Assembly (NCBI GenBank): GCA_951406725.2
Contig: OX597814.1
Coordinates: forward strand, 95,976,001 to 96,040,000
DNA from: Octopus vulgaris
Taxonomy: Eukaryota
Reading direction: 5' to 3'
Length of the DNA stretch: 64,000 bases
Shown here in pieces: positions 1 to 13,362 of the stretch (positions within the stretch are counted from its first letter, which is position 1; every line of letters begins with the position of its first letter). Under the pieces are notes generated by a model. That model saw only the letters and a program-made list of their open reading frames with translations. It made no database searches and was not told the DNA's origin. Both the position numbers and the translations under genes were made by a program.

Positions 1-514
1 AATACTAGATGTTAATATCTCTTATATTAGAAGCTTCCATCAGACTCCGTATCTATTTTCAAATGATGTGTGCTAGGGTGATGGTGCTATAGCATTTACT
101 GGGTTGAAATGGGGCACATCTTTGGCTTTTTAGATTCCACCGTCGTTGTCGTCATCATCAGAAGCAGCAGTGGCATATGCTGCTGGGTGCAGGGCACATC
201 TAAAGTTGTTTGCGTCAGGACACACCCTCTCTTTGTAATTGCTCAGTATAAGAATTGAGCTCGTGAAATCCTCTTGTAATTTTTATTTTACTTTTTCGAT
301 TAAGATTGCTATGAGGAAAGACTTGCAGGCCTTCTTTTATAAGTGCCAAACCTTTAACCATATTTTTTGCAGTCATCTGAAGTGAAGTTGTCTTCTATGT
401 TCTCCTCTTGCTCTGCAATCGCTTTCGTTGTAACGTCTTCAGCTTTTCGACCTAGTTTTTTTCTATTAGACCAAATAACTTAACCATATGATTTTCCATG
501 ACTTCTCTAAAATT

Positions 515-845
515 GAAGGCACATGTTAGAGCGTAGCGATCACAACCATGAGGTTGCGAGTTCTATTCTCGGACTGTGCTCTGTGTTGTGCAAGATACTT
601 TATTTTACGTTGCTCCAGTTCACTCAGCTGTAGAAATGAGTTGCAACGTCAATGGTGCCAAGCTGTGCTGACCATTGCTTTTCCTTTAGATAACATCAGC
701 AGCGTGGAGAGGGGAGGCTGGTATGCATGGGTGACTGCTGGTCTTCCATAGACAACCTTGCCCGGACTTGTGCCTCGGAGCGGAGCTTTCTAGTTGCATT
801 CCATGGTCATTCATGATTGAAGGGGGTCTTTACCCTTTACCCTAT
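515..845 (+). mobile_element. tRNA-derived CORE-like SINE (relatives at ~19130-19350 -, 23442-23740 +, 45074-45370 +)
   Basis: tRNA-like head, then ttgctccagttcactcagctgtagaaatgagt core. Confidence 0.55.
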
Positions 846-880
846 TTGTCAATATTATAATATTCTTCTAAACTTCATGT

Positions 881-926
<46 letters not shown>

Positions 927-1029
927 GCCATATGTGTGTGTGTGTGTGCGTCCTTCATTGCTGAGGGTTTCACTTCATTCTATAATTCAGCATTCTTATC
1001 CATTGATTTTTAATGTTGACCATTTTATA

Positions 1030-1800
1030 GTAATCATTAACAGTAGATTTATCCTTTCCACAAATTGCTTTTATTTGTAGTTTCAAAGTTTTCAAATGTT
1101 ATGCTTTGATGTTAGCGATCACAGTTTAAAACATTGGCTGGAGCAAAGAAATTGTGTTCTTCAGAGTGTATTTCTCTCACATTATCAGAAAGATAATTTA
1201 CGTTCAATTGGTAGCTTTTTGCATTACGTAAAAAATATTTGTAAACCAGTTTTGGAAAAGTTCGTCGCCATCCATTACTTCATATTTGAAGCAAAACCAC
1301 AAGAGGATTTAAATTGAGAATAACCTTTGAAAGCCCTCGGATTTTCGTAGTGATATACAAATAAGGGCTTTAATTTCCACTCAACAGTAATATTTCTTCT
1401 CACAAGAAGCGTTAATTAACCTTTGGAAGCTTTGAAACTTGGTGATGATTTTCCTTCATTCTAAATTAATATCCCAGAACTTCCTGAAAAGTACAGATTC
1501 ATCAAAGTTATACACATATTCTAGTACATAGCTTCCTCCAGCTCATCGTGAACATAAGTGGTAGTCCCTATGTCAGCATTAGTACATTCACTGATCATAT
1601 CAATGTAAAAATTAAGGCTTAAATTTTTCAAACTAGCATTTACAATTTCCAGAAAGTTGTGTCGTCCACTTTCTGTAAATAGTCATGCGTACTTATAGAT
1701 TTCATTTGAATGGCCATAATGTTTATCAATACAGTGAGTGTTTCTTATTCATTAAAAGACAATGAATAGTGAATCAATAATGGTCTCAATACAAAATCTA
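1030..1800 (-). mobile_element. Highly decayed LINE RT remnant
   Basis: Minus-strand KVDDTT RT-like motif near 1660; many disruptions. Confidence 0.35.
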
Positions 1801-2226
1801 ATATTTATAATATATTATTGACAGTGACTTCGAAGTTTTGCCAGATGTATGGCTTATTACACTCTGAAATAGGGAGAAAAAAAAGCACCAGTTCTTTTGC
1901 AAAATTCTGTCTTATAGAGGGTATGAAGAAATTAGTGAAAATGGAAGGAGTTAGAACTCCAAAAGATAAAGACAATTTCGATGGACTTGTAATCACTACT
2001 TAATTTGGACTGGGAGCGTGCGTTAAGGTCTGGGGTTTGGTGAAAGTGTTTTGTTAAGGAGATGAGGTGAGTACAAGGGAATGCTTGGAAATAGGGACTT
2101 TAGGAATCAATAAAAAGCTCCTATCATTTATATGTGCGTGTATATAGTGTATATATGCACATATATGTGTATGTACTGTATATATATATATATGTGTGTG
2201 TATACATGTGTATATATATATCTATA

Positions 2227-2323
<97 letters not shown>

Positions 2324-2356
2324 AAATATATATGTTACACACATACACATATGCTA

Positions 2357-2570
2357 TATTGGTTTCAAATTTTGGCACAAGGCCAGCAAGTTCAGTGGAC
2401 GGGGTAAGTCGATGACATTAATTCCAGTGCTCAACTGGTTCTTATTTTAGCGACTCTGAAAGGATGAAAGGCAAAGTTGACCTCGGCAGAACTGGAACTC
2501 AGATTGTAAAGATGGACGAAATGCTACTAAGTATTTTGCCCGGCGTGTTAACGATCGTGCCAGCTCCCAA
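2357..2570 (-). mobile_element. tRNA-derived SINE with Meta-like core. Commonest family here; other copies ~10044+, 11340/11595+, 17705-, 17990-, 19392-, 19637+, 20120+, 20345+, 21880-, 24562+, 26230-, 26500-, 27290-, 36665-, 47814+, 49270-
   Basis: Recurring gagctggcagaa...ctgagttcaaattccgccgaggtcgactttgcctttcatcctttcggggtcgataaa consensus; several copies have TSDs (19371-19391/19605-19625; 27273-27289/27418-27434). Confidence 0.85.
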
Positions 2571-2879
2571 CCCTAAACATATATGTTATATTGTAAACAT
2601 AACTATATTCAAATCTAATCTTTCTTATTAGTTTTTTTTTGTATTTTCGTGTATGGTCATTGCAATTAGTTTGGAACTATAAAATTTCTAAGCCCATTTT
2701 TATCAATGTTTTAAGACCATCTCAGTATTGTCACCGGGATATAGAGCTGTGTTGGATTCTATACTGCTTCTTTTATTGTTTACCTGGGAAAGATAGTGAT
2801 GAAAGATGGAAATCCCCTCCTGGTGGAAAACCCCATGAGAAGTCTCAAGGCTTCCATGAAAATTAGAAGAAAGATCTCC

Positions 2880-3280
2880 AATGATTATATCCTGCCAGTA
2901 ATGATTTACGTCAGTGAAATACGGGCTTTCAACTCTACCTAATTGTAAATCAACGGAAAATAGAACAAATCATTCTCAGCATCAAATTGCAGAACAAGAA
3001 AACCAACACCTGGATTCGACAACACATGAAAGGTCAATGATATCATTAGAACTATCAAGAAGTATAGATGGGCTGGCTACATCGCACGACTAAAGGACAA
3101 CAGATAGACAATCAGAGTGACAGAATGGACACCAAGACAATAGATAAGCTCAAGAGGCCGACCAAAGACAAGATGGTGAGATGATCCCACCTGCTATCTG
3201 GGACCTACATGGCCACGAATAACTAGCAACAGAGAGCGCTAGGAGGAGTTCAGGGAGGGGGTTCCTCCTTCAGGTGTGAT
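2880..3280 (+). mobile_element. RTE-clade LINE 3' fragment
   Basis: Decayed WAGYIARLKDNR...VTEW...RGRPKTRW C-terminus. Confidence 0.7.
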
Positions 3281-3539
3281 GAAGTTCTGGTTGAGATTTT
3301 TTTGTTTATGTACTCTTTACTGCCAGAATTTAACAGTAGGTCAAATTCTGACGGTAAAGACAGCAAACAAACAGGTCAAATTCGTAAAGACATATTACTT
3401 TAATGGTCAAATACGTGCATTTTTTTCTATGCTGTTTGTGTTAATTTTAGGTTTATGTTGTGATTATCATCTATTTTTGTGGAGAGTTCAATATAGTATA
3501 GATGTATTTTCTAGTTAGAGAAAATTAGTAAAAACTACA

Positions 3540-6480
3540 CAAAAAACAACCCTTCACTTATTACCTTCTGTAGATAGAATACTTAAACTTCTTTTTCTTC
3601 TATTATTCTTTCAACAGTTATTAACCCACCTCTTCTTTCTGTTCTTTCCCAATATAAATAGTCCACATTTGATTAGAGTTGTATGCTTTTGTGCATTGTC
3701 AGTTGCTTTCTTTTCTTTCTATAGATATCCTGCAATTCATCTTTTTTCCACTTAATGATTCCTGCTTTCCATACCTTAGAATATTACTGCTCTCATGTTG
3801 ACTGTCTGTGTGATATTTACCACTCAAGTAATACTTTAACATCTTCATTCTGCGAAGATATTCTTTATTGAGGACTTTCTTCGTTTCTAGACTTTTGATT
3901 TTATCACTTTCCAATATTCTAAGATGTTTATATGCTTCTTCTACATTTAAGGATTTTATATTCTCACTATCGAGTAGATTTATTTCAGTAATTTTACGAT
4001 TTTTCCACGCTTCATTTCTATCATAGCACATTTCTCGATTCCAAATGTCATCTCAATGTCACTGCTAAGCATTCTGATAGTTTGCATTAAAGAATCCAGT
4101 TGATTCTTGTCATTACCATTTATCATAAGTCATCTATAAACAGGAGATGATTAACTTTTCCCTATTATTTTTCCATGTATGCCTTTTTTTTTAGCATTGT
4201 TTAGAATAATCGATAAAGGAAACTGTGTTATCTCTAACTAGATATGAAAGACCATCCCTTTGAACGATTATTTTTCTAATCTATAATTCTTTCCTACCCT
4301 GTTGTTGAAACTGCTCTCCAGTGTTGCGTTTCTTTTTCTTGCAGATATTAAAATTCTTGAACTCTTGATCAGCTCTAGGTAATGCTTGATACATGAATGT
4401 GAGACTAGGTCATATACCTTTCTATAATCATTTCACACTTTTCATAAATATGACATTCTCTCTCTGTAATTCCTCAAGATCATCTTATCAATCATTAGTT
4501 GGTGGTTTATTATCTTACCCAATTTTCGACAGTTTTTCACCAGGCATTAATTGTTTTCAATATAAATCTTAATATATCTCTTCTGCAATTATTCCTGTCA
4601 CTAGTTTCCACGTAAGTGGTAGTCGTAATTTGTTGGTAATTTGAAGCAACATCAACTTTCAATGTCTATAGTGGCACCCCACACGACATGCCCTTATTTA
4701 GTGGTTTCGTAGAGACTCGTAAACTCTTTCAGTCATCTGGTTAAGTCGCTTTTCACTTTCCGACAATTTTCAATGACTTCCAAATAGTTGATTTTGTGAT
4801 AGTACCTCAAGATTTCCAATGTAATTTTCTACTCGCTTCATTCACAGTAATTTATTATTGTAATTTGCATCCCCACCCTAATTTCCCCCCCAAAATAGTT
4901 TTGCTTTCTTTAGCATTTGGTATCATGTTACCATTTCTCTCAAAAATATCAAATAAACACTTCTCGTTTGGCTATTTCTTCCTTTGTACTGTCTAATTAA
5001 TTGGCAGCTTTTGCCTTTATTCTCTGCTTTATCTCTTCAAATGTCCCAATTCTCTCTTATTTCTGATGTGATACATTTCCTTTAATCTATCTTTCGCTTC
5101 TTCTATCCTTAATCTACCTTGCTCCCACTGGTTCACCTTCTATCTTTGCCAAGGCTGCTAATCTTCATTTACGATCACATTTCTATCAAGGTACGTGCTG
5201 ATCCTTCGCTTGTTCTTTCTTTGTCTCCACACATGTCTGCACCTGCAGTTGCATCCGCTAAGATCAATGTGTTGTTATCTCTAATGTTTTCACAGATAAC
5301 CTTATCAACCACACTGCTCACTCCTGACATTCCTTAATCTTGGTTCTGTACAATATTCTCAAATTAACAGATTCTGAGACCTCTGGCTCCTTCAGCTTCT
5401 GTCTCAGTTTAAAAGGATCTCTAATACATTGTCATTAAGGCTCTTATCATCAAATTTTCTTTTCTCCCGAATGCTCTTGGAAGCCCTTGCTTCAATTGTT
5501 AGACTTGTATTCTCCAGGTTAGCTACGATAGTTTCATTCATCTGATTGCCCGAAGAGTTATCACCACCAATCTTACTTTGGTCTGTTGTAGTTCTTGTAA
5601 TTTTTGGTTGATGTTTCTCTGTATTTCTTCAATTTCTAAATCAGAATTGTATTTCCCACAATTGATACTTAGCCTAAAAGCTGTTGTTCTGTGACGGATT
5701 AAATACTCAAATTTCATTCCAAATGCACAGCATTCTTTCCTGTAATCTTTGCTTCTTTCGCTGAATTCAATACTCCTACGACAAGGTGAGAGAGGTGTGA
5801 CGAAAATATTCTGAGTGTGAATGAAAAAATTTCAACAATAACATCAACCACGGATGGAAGTGCTATGTGATGAAATGAAGCAACCACCACCACCACCACC
5901 ACCATCACCACCGCCACGATGACGACAACGACATCAACAACGATAATAAATAGTAAAATGTGAAGAAGCAGTGAGCGTATTTAAAAACTAGGCAGTACCG
6001 TCGGGTACAAAAAGAAATAATTACAATGGACTGCATTCCAATGTTACTGTGTTGATTTTTTTGTCTTAGAATCCTTTGCGTATTGCAGCAGTAAAAATAT
6101 GGCAACTTGTTCTGTTTTTGTGCTGCAGAACACCAACTGCACAAGAAACCTCCCCTAAAGACTCCAGTCTCATTCACACTGTTGTCGTTCCGATTTATGC
6201 AGAACCTACACTAAGACACAGATAGTGATTTCAAGGTTACACTACCAAATTATCAAGATATCATCTCTGTGAAGGTTGCCATCTATGGCTAAAAACACCC
6301 TCCTTTCAAGTGACAGAGATAGCCCGACTGGCATCAGAATTTATATTTCCCGCTCATTAAGCGTCGGATCAATCTTTTCATTGAGACACCATCTTTAGAT
6401 AAGCTGTTGACATAGACCTAAACCGGTCTATCCACCTTTAGCTGAGGCAGGTTATACTGCGCTGGTTGCCACACAAGGGC
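3540..6480 (-). mobile_element. Decayed R4/Dong-clade non-LTR retrotransposon
   Basis: VNHLLFIDDL RT motif (~4127-4156); IKSLNVEEAYKHLRILESDKIK...KEYLRR resembles the Dong/R4 RT thumb region; 5' boundary approximate. Confidence 0.7.
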
Positions 6481-7306
6481 TTTATACTTATTTCTTTACT
6501 ACCCACAAGGGGCTAAACATAGAGTGGACAAACGGATTAAGTCGATTATATCGACCCCAGTACGTAACTGGTACTTAATTTATCGACCCCGAAAGGACGA
6601 AAAGCAAAGTCCACCTCGGCAGAATTTGAACTCAGAACGTAGCGGCAGACGAAATACCTATTTCTTTACTACCCACAAGGGGCTAAACACAGAGAGGACA
6701 AACAAGGACAGACAAACGGATTAAGTCGATTATATCGACCCCAGTACGTAACTGGTACTTAATTTATCGACCCTGAAAGGATGAAAAGCAAAGTCGACCT
6801 CGGCGGAATTTGAACTCAGAACTTAGCGGCAGACGAAATACCTATTTCTTTACTACCCACAAGGGGCTAAACACAGAGAGGACAAACAAGGACAGACAAA
6901 CGGATTAAGTCGATTATATCGACCCCAGTGCGTAACTGGTACTTATTTAATCGACCCCGAAAGGATGAAAGGCAAAGTCGACCTCGGCGGAATTTGAACT
7001 CAGAATTTGAACGTAGCGGCAGACGAAATACCTATTTCTTTATTACCCACGAGGGGCTAAACATAGAGGGGACAAACAAGGACAGACATAGGTATTAAGT
7101 CGATTACATCGACCCCAGTGCGTAACTGGTACTTAATTTATCGACCCCGAAAGGATGAAAGGCAAAGTCGACCTCGGCGGAATTTGAACTCACAACGTAA
7201 CGCAGACGAAATACCGCTAAGCATTTCGCCCGGCGTGCTAACGTTTCTGCCAGCTCGCCGCCTCCAATGGCTTTATACCTCGCAGTTCAATACACTCTTG
7301 AACCTG
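6448..7306 (-). ncRNA. Twister-like ribozyme fold interrupted by the SINE array (halves 6448-6487 and 7269-7306)
   Basis: Reconstructed RNA CAGGUU CAA GAGU GU AUUGAACUG CGAG GUAUAAAGCC CUUG UG UGGCAACCA GCGC AG UAU AACCUG shows P1, P4, a GU-NNN-AAGCC loop and AUA/UAU pseudoknot complementarity. Confidence 0.5.
6488..7268 (-). mobile_element. Tandem array of ~4 SINE units flanked by 10-bp TSD GGCTTTATAC
   Basis: ~180-bp near-identical units; direct repeats at 6478-6487 and 7269-7278. Confidence 0.85.
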
Positions 7307-7646
7307 ATTTGGTAGTTCTAGTCGTAGCCTTCGCCAGCCTGTGATTGACATGAACCTGGCTAAACAGAAAAGGAATGGAGACAAGGAGACTTCTTGAAAT
7401 ATTCCGATTCTCATGGGGATGGGTTTCGTTTTATATTTCCCTCTTTTGTCTGTATCACCAAAATTGTTTGCCCTTTGCTCATGACATGTTTTATATGTCT
7501 TCTCATTACTCGTGACACTTTACTCATGGCAAGTGTTTCCAGGATCTAAGTGTGGAGAATACTGTGAAAAATGAATCCATGCTATTCTTAGATTCTTTTC
7601 TCATTTGTATTCTTTGGGTATGACTTCGCTGAGTATATTAGCTACA

Positions 7647-7731
<85 letters not shown>

Positions 7732-10559
7732 CGCTGCTTTAAAATCATCATTTTAAGATAGCTTATTGTTGGAAGAAAGAGTTTCTTGATACCTATTGTC
7801 TTACTTTAGGCGTTTAGCTCTCATTTAAGTATTTATCTAATGCTTAGGGAAAATGTTATAACATTTTTCCTAGTATCTTCTTTCCTTTCAGTGTGTGTGT
7901 GTGTGTGTGTGTGTTTGTGTGCGTATGTTTAGTCTAATGTCTGTGTTTGGTGTAATTCTATTGTCTATATCCAAGGTAGTATTAATGATTTTTTAAATTT
8001 TTGTTCTTCAATATTGCTCTTTTTCTAAATCCAATTTCATGCCAAATTAGCAGCATATATAACAGAATTTCTAGTTGTTTGTCAACTGTAGTACAAAACT
8101 TAATGTCATTCATAAAAAAAAACCAAAAAACGATGCTTCATTTCATCGCATAGCACTTCCGTCCGTATGTAGTCAGGTTTTACATAATGGTTATATATTT
8201 TACTGCCAGACAGAGAAAGAGTAAAAGGATTTTATCTATAAACTGCTTGGATAATGTGAATGAGTAGAAGTTTTCAACTGCCTATGTTGCATATGCCAAA
8301 CTCTATCGTATATGTATTTAGTAGGCGGAATGTTTTTCACGTATAATACGTTCTGTAGCATATCTGATATCCTCACTGTTTGAGAGACACAATAAGAATG
8401 ATCTCGTTTGAGATTACAACCATCTTTGGCTAGTTTGACCCTGTTGTGTCCACTGCTCTGATTGGTTGGCATTTGGCGCGGTTCGTCTCTCGACTTATTT
8501 CGCGCCAGAGTGTAAAGCCAACCAGTCATGACCTTCGGATAAGATGCCCTTCTTTGATATATCATTGAGAACAATAGATTTAGTTGGTGGTCTTGTTATC
8601 TCTATTCTAGCTTTTAGTGAAGTAGAAGAGGTTTGAAAGGGTCAATGATGAAGACATTATTTCGGCCTAGCTAAAGGCATCTGGAAAATGTAAAACTGCT
8701 GTCAGAGAAAAACCATTGTTCCACCGTGGGAAAATTTCTGTTGCAGTGTTAATTCAAATTTGGCTATGGTGGATCGAATCCACTTCATGCATGCAAGATC
8801 CACTACAAATATATTGTCTGCTTCTTTTATGCTATTAAAATAGTTTCTTGGATCTTTTCTGTTCGACTTCATTTTTTGAAATTTTAAAATAAAATGAAAA
8901 TTGTCAAATTTGTTATTCATTTGTTCTAAAAAAGTTTTAGGAAAATGTTACAGAAGTTAAAGTTTGATAATTTTTACCCAATGGGAAAACAAGATTTGGA
9001 AGCTGGTATTTTGTGCGTAATGACAACATTCCGACGACAAAACATTCAACGACGGAAGTTTTAATAAGTTTTAATGAATAAAATTACGTGAAATATTTGA
9101 ACAGGCGTATAATGCGAAAAATCTCCACGCCCCAAAGAAACTGAACGGGATAGTTAAATTACGAAAATACAAACTTAACGTTAAATTACAAAAAGATACA
9201 CGCTCCCCCCCCCCAACAAACTGTAGTTGTCCAGTCCATTTAAATATATTTTGTTGCGAGAACACGAAATTACGATGAAACAAACTGTAATTCAGTTCAT
9301 GTAACGATTGAACTGCTGGAAAAGACAGCCAAATCCCCTCCCAAACAACGTCATAAATGAAGAAGGATATACAAAATTATGGTAGTCCTTGATAACTCTA
9401 AAACTATGGAGCGTTCAGTACTAGAATGCTTCTTTTGATCCTAGGTCTGCCCGAGCAACCGCATTGTCTTCAATTTCTCCATCGTATACGAAGGTTACAT
9501 GAGTTGGCAACATACGGGTCAGCAGACCACACAACAATTTGGCTTGTTACTATGGAAACAGATACCAATATGTCTGGTTAAAATTACCCAAAATTTGCAA
9601 ATTTTAAAAGCTACTAACTTTTTATTTATTGATTTAAGGCAAAAATTAATTTCATTTCTATAATTAGCATACAAAACTACATCAATACACCAAATTTGAA
9701 ATTAATTGGAACAAAATTGAAGGAATTGAAATGTGAACATTAAATTACGAAAAAAAAAACGAAACAAAAAACAAACGTAACTTTAAATTGCAAAAGGAAA
9801 ATTACAAGCAAGCAAACACCCCCCACTGAAAAAAAAAAACAAACAAGAAAATAACCCAAACAAACTATGGCTGTTCAATCCATGTAAACAATACAAAACG
9901 AAATTGAAAGAATTGAAAGCCAAACAGAAAAGATCTAGTTTCTTTTCTTCCTATACCTTTATTTCTTCGATTTGTGCATAGAAATTCCCCATCCCATCAT
10001 ACTTGCTTTGTTACTACTAATTATTATTATTACTATATCTTATAAGGCCGCGAGCTGGTAGAATTGTTAGCACACCGGACAAAATACTTAGCGGTACTTC
10101 GTCCGCCTTTACGTTCCGAGTCTAAATTTCGTGGAGGGCGACTTTGCCTTTCATCCCTTTCGGGGTCGATAAATTAAGTAACAGTTAATCACTGTGATCG
10201 ATGTAGTCAACTAGTCCCTTCCCCCAAAATTCTAGACCTTGTGCTTATAGCAGAAAGGATAATTTTTGTCTTATCTTTAATACTCTAAAATAAACATTCT
10301 TCAGTAACATTTCCTATTGAGATCATTTGGAACCAAACTGGAAGTATGTAGCTGACCATGTATTTCTTTCGGATGAAAGTATTCAAGCCAAGCAATTTCA
10401 TATTATAGCAAATAAATATTCTGTGGGATTCCTTTGGCAAAAAAGTTCAGTTTTGTGCACGGGAGGATATAATGAACTGAGAAAATCTGGTTATACCATA
10501 TATATTTTATCGGTTTCGTATGAAGAAAAAACAGATTCCGGTGTGATTTGAACTCATAT

Positions 10560-10975
10560 GATCCAACCATCTATTTTCGCCGCTCAGTATTTCTGGGAGG
10601 GTTGTGAGGGTAGAATCCATTGGGACCTCCTCCGTAGGGTCCTATCAGAAGCAACCGTCATTCAACTTTCTGGTTGGATTCCCAAGCGTGACCAATTGAG
10701 ATTAGGGATATTATCGAACCCTCTGTCTGTGTTTGCCCTCCCCCTCTCTCTCTCCCTCTCTCCCCCTCTCTTAGTCTACTCCCAGATCCCTTTCCGGCTG
10801 ACTTGGTTTGGAGAATCTGACTTGCGATCCTTTCCTGGTGCATTCTAATCAAATGTCCGTAGTGCCGAAACTTTGATCTCTCAATAAAGAGAAGTAGCAG
10901 CTCAACCTGGAGAGATTCTCTGATCTCCAAGTTACGCACCTTGTCAAGTATCGTTACTTCAGAGCTCCTTCGGAG
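10560..10975 (-). mobile_element. RTE-like LINE 3' fragment
   Basis: LDKVRNLEIRESLQVELLL..IERSKFRHYGHLIRM. Confidence 0.7.
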
Positions 10976-11996
10976 GGGCCCTAGCTTCAGCATTTTACAA
11001 GAAAGGAGAGGTCTGTAAAAAAAAAAAAAAAAAAAAAGCCACACAATTCAGTTTTCGTGCTTATTCTCACCTATGGTGATCAATGTTGCCTTATGGCCGA
11101 CAGAGTAAGATCGAAATTACAAGCGGCCGAAATTGGATTCCTCCAAAGGATCTTTGGAGTAACGCTAGATGCGCATTTCTGCCTCGTTGGGTATTGTGAG
11201 TAGCATGTACTCATAACCAACTGTATGCTAAGATGAAATCTATCATCACCGATATAAGGAAAGAGGAAATGAACGATCATTGGTGTTGCGAATAGCTGCC
11301 CGATCGAATAAAAATCTGTACATTCTCACTAGCCACCAAGTCGGGCGAAATGCTAGCGGAACCTCTCTATCTTGACGTTCTGAGTTCAAATTCCGCCGTG
11401 GTCGACTTGCCTTTGTGGTGAGTCCTGTATAACTTCTGGATGATGTGGAAGTCAGGGACTTCCGATTCATCCCTTATATAAAGCGTGGTTGCAAAGTATG
11501 CTCATGTAATTATATGTTAACGCAGTAATAAATGTTATGACTTATTATGAACGTCTCACAAGTTCTTATTTTTCTTGTCGCATGCATCACTACACCTTTC
11601 ATCCTTTCGGGGTCGATAAATTAAGTACCAGTTACGTATTGGGGTCGATCTAATCGACTGGCCCCTTCCCCCAAAATTTCGGGCTTTGTGTCTAGAGTAG
11701 AAAAGATTCTCATAAGCCACTGCTGAAAATTTTGGTTTGCCTCCGATATATTTTGTTTCAAACACTGCACGTTCATAAAATATATCCCCGGATGAATACC
11801 ACTGCAAATTTGCTTTCCACGATGTATTTACATTTACTATGATACACATATATCTATTTTAATCCAGTATTACTTCAGTTGCGCACAACGATTTTTTATT
11901 CAATTAGATGACTATTCGCAACACCAGTGATTATCCATTCACCGTTTTCCTATATCAGCGGCGACAGATTTCGTCTTAACATGTGGTTGGCTGTGA

Positions 11997-12222
11997 GTAT
12001 GTATGTATGTATGTATGTATGTATGTATGTATGTATGTATGTGTGTGTATGCATGCATGTATGTATGTATGTATGTATGTATGTATGTATGCATGTATGT
12101 ATGTATGTATGTATGTATGTATGTATGTATGTATGTATGTATGTATGTATGTATGTATGTATGTATGTATGTATGAATGTATGCATGTCTCTCTCTTTAA
12201 TATATATATATATATATATATA
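11997..12222. repeat. (GTAT)n microsatellite. Many others: (CA)n 7645/13283/51935, (TATC)n 2265/31080, (CTA)n 26432, (GTAT)n 41112, (GA)n 60767
   Basis: Directly visible. Confidence 0.95.
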
Positions 12223-12229
12223 AAATAAG

Positions 12230-13071
12230 AAAACAAAGAAGGAAAATGCATACACTTTACATAGTTTTAATATAATTTTTAATATATCGACCGGTTCCGC
12301 TTTCGCTATTCATGACATTAAAATTTAATTATTTAGATACGTATTTTCTTAAGGAGAAAGTTTTTGGTCCATGTTGTGTGAGATATTTTTGAGTGAATGA
12401 TACAAACAGTAGAAAAACTAAGGAGAGGTAATTGGTTATCGTTATTATTGTGGACAGGGGAGATAACTGTTCAGCTTACGGGAGGGGCGTGGAAATATAT
12501 ATATATACACAAAAATTTGAAAACTAGTTTAGTGATGTACTCGAGTATATGTAAAAAGATCAAAGTTGGTTATGCGTGTATATTTAGACGCGTTCTGTAT
12601 TTTTCGATGAAAAAAGCTTATTTAGACGTTCTTATAGAGAAATTGTATCTTTACTCTGGTAGAAGGGGAAGATTGTGAAGTTTGATTTAGTGTTACCTGC
12701 ACATTTCTCTATGTGTTCACTTAGAAGAATTTGTCTGTATTGCGGGAACCGGATCTGCTCTTTATGTAGAATGGTTCTCTATTTCAAAGTCATACTTGTC
12801 TGTCCAATATAGTGTTGTCTACACCCCGAGCAGGTTATTTCATAAATTAGGTTCTCAGAGGCACAAGTGAAACTGGTTTTAATTGTGAACCTCTCTCCTT
12901 GTTTGAAAAGGAAATCCGAGCCTTCAAGTAGGTTGGAGCATGTTCCACAGTTTGGGCGTCCGCATTTTTTAACCATTGGTTTCGTGGTTGTTTTGTAAAG
13001 ATTCGCATTTGTTACAAGTCTCTTTAGTGATTTATGTTGCTTTTTGCATTTGATTAGTTTATGCGTTTTCA

Positions 13072-13075
<4 letters not shown>
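12230..13075 (-). mobile_element. Penelope-like element 3' fragment (GIY-YIG endonuclease, CxxC motifs), bounded by (TA)n
   Basis: KCGRPNCGTC...NLIYEITCSGC..HYIGQT; hammerhead-like motif at 12284-12318. Confidence 0.85.
12284..12318 (-). ncRNA. Minimal hammerhead-like motif, A3:U8 core variant, A13G
   Basis: AUGUC AUGAAUA GC GAAA GC GGAA CCG GUC GAUAU. Confidence 0.55.
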
Positions 13076-13136
<61 letters not shown>

Positions 13137-13149
13137 TATATGTATATAA

Positions 13150-13281
13150 TTTTATTCTTTTACTTGTTTCAATTAGTTGACACCAGCCATCCTGAGGCAC
13201 CACTTTGAAAGGTTTAATTGAATAAATAGATCCCAGTACTTATTCTTTTAAAGATTAGTACTTATTCTATCGGTTCCTTAT

Positions 13282-13362
<81 letters not shown>

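Noticed and set aside
1-500. Possible transposase C-terminal remnant on the minus strand
   Set aside because: No diagnostic motif recognisable.
6488-7268. Regularly repeated units resembling a CRISPR array
   Set aside because: Whole ~180-bp units repeat with no unique spacers; they are SINE copies in eukaryotic DNA.
10044-10140. tRNA-like sequences
   Set aside because: SINE heads with A/B-box-like motifs continuing into SINE bodies; no complete cloverleaf.
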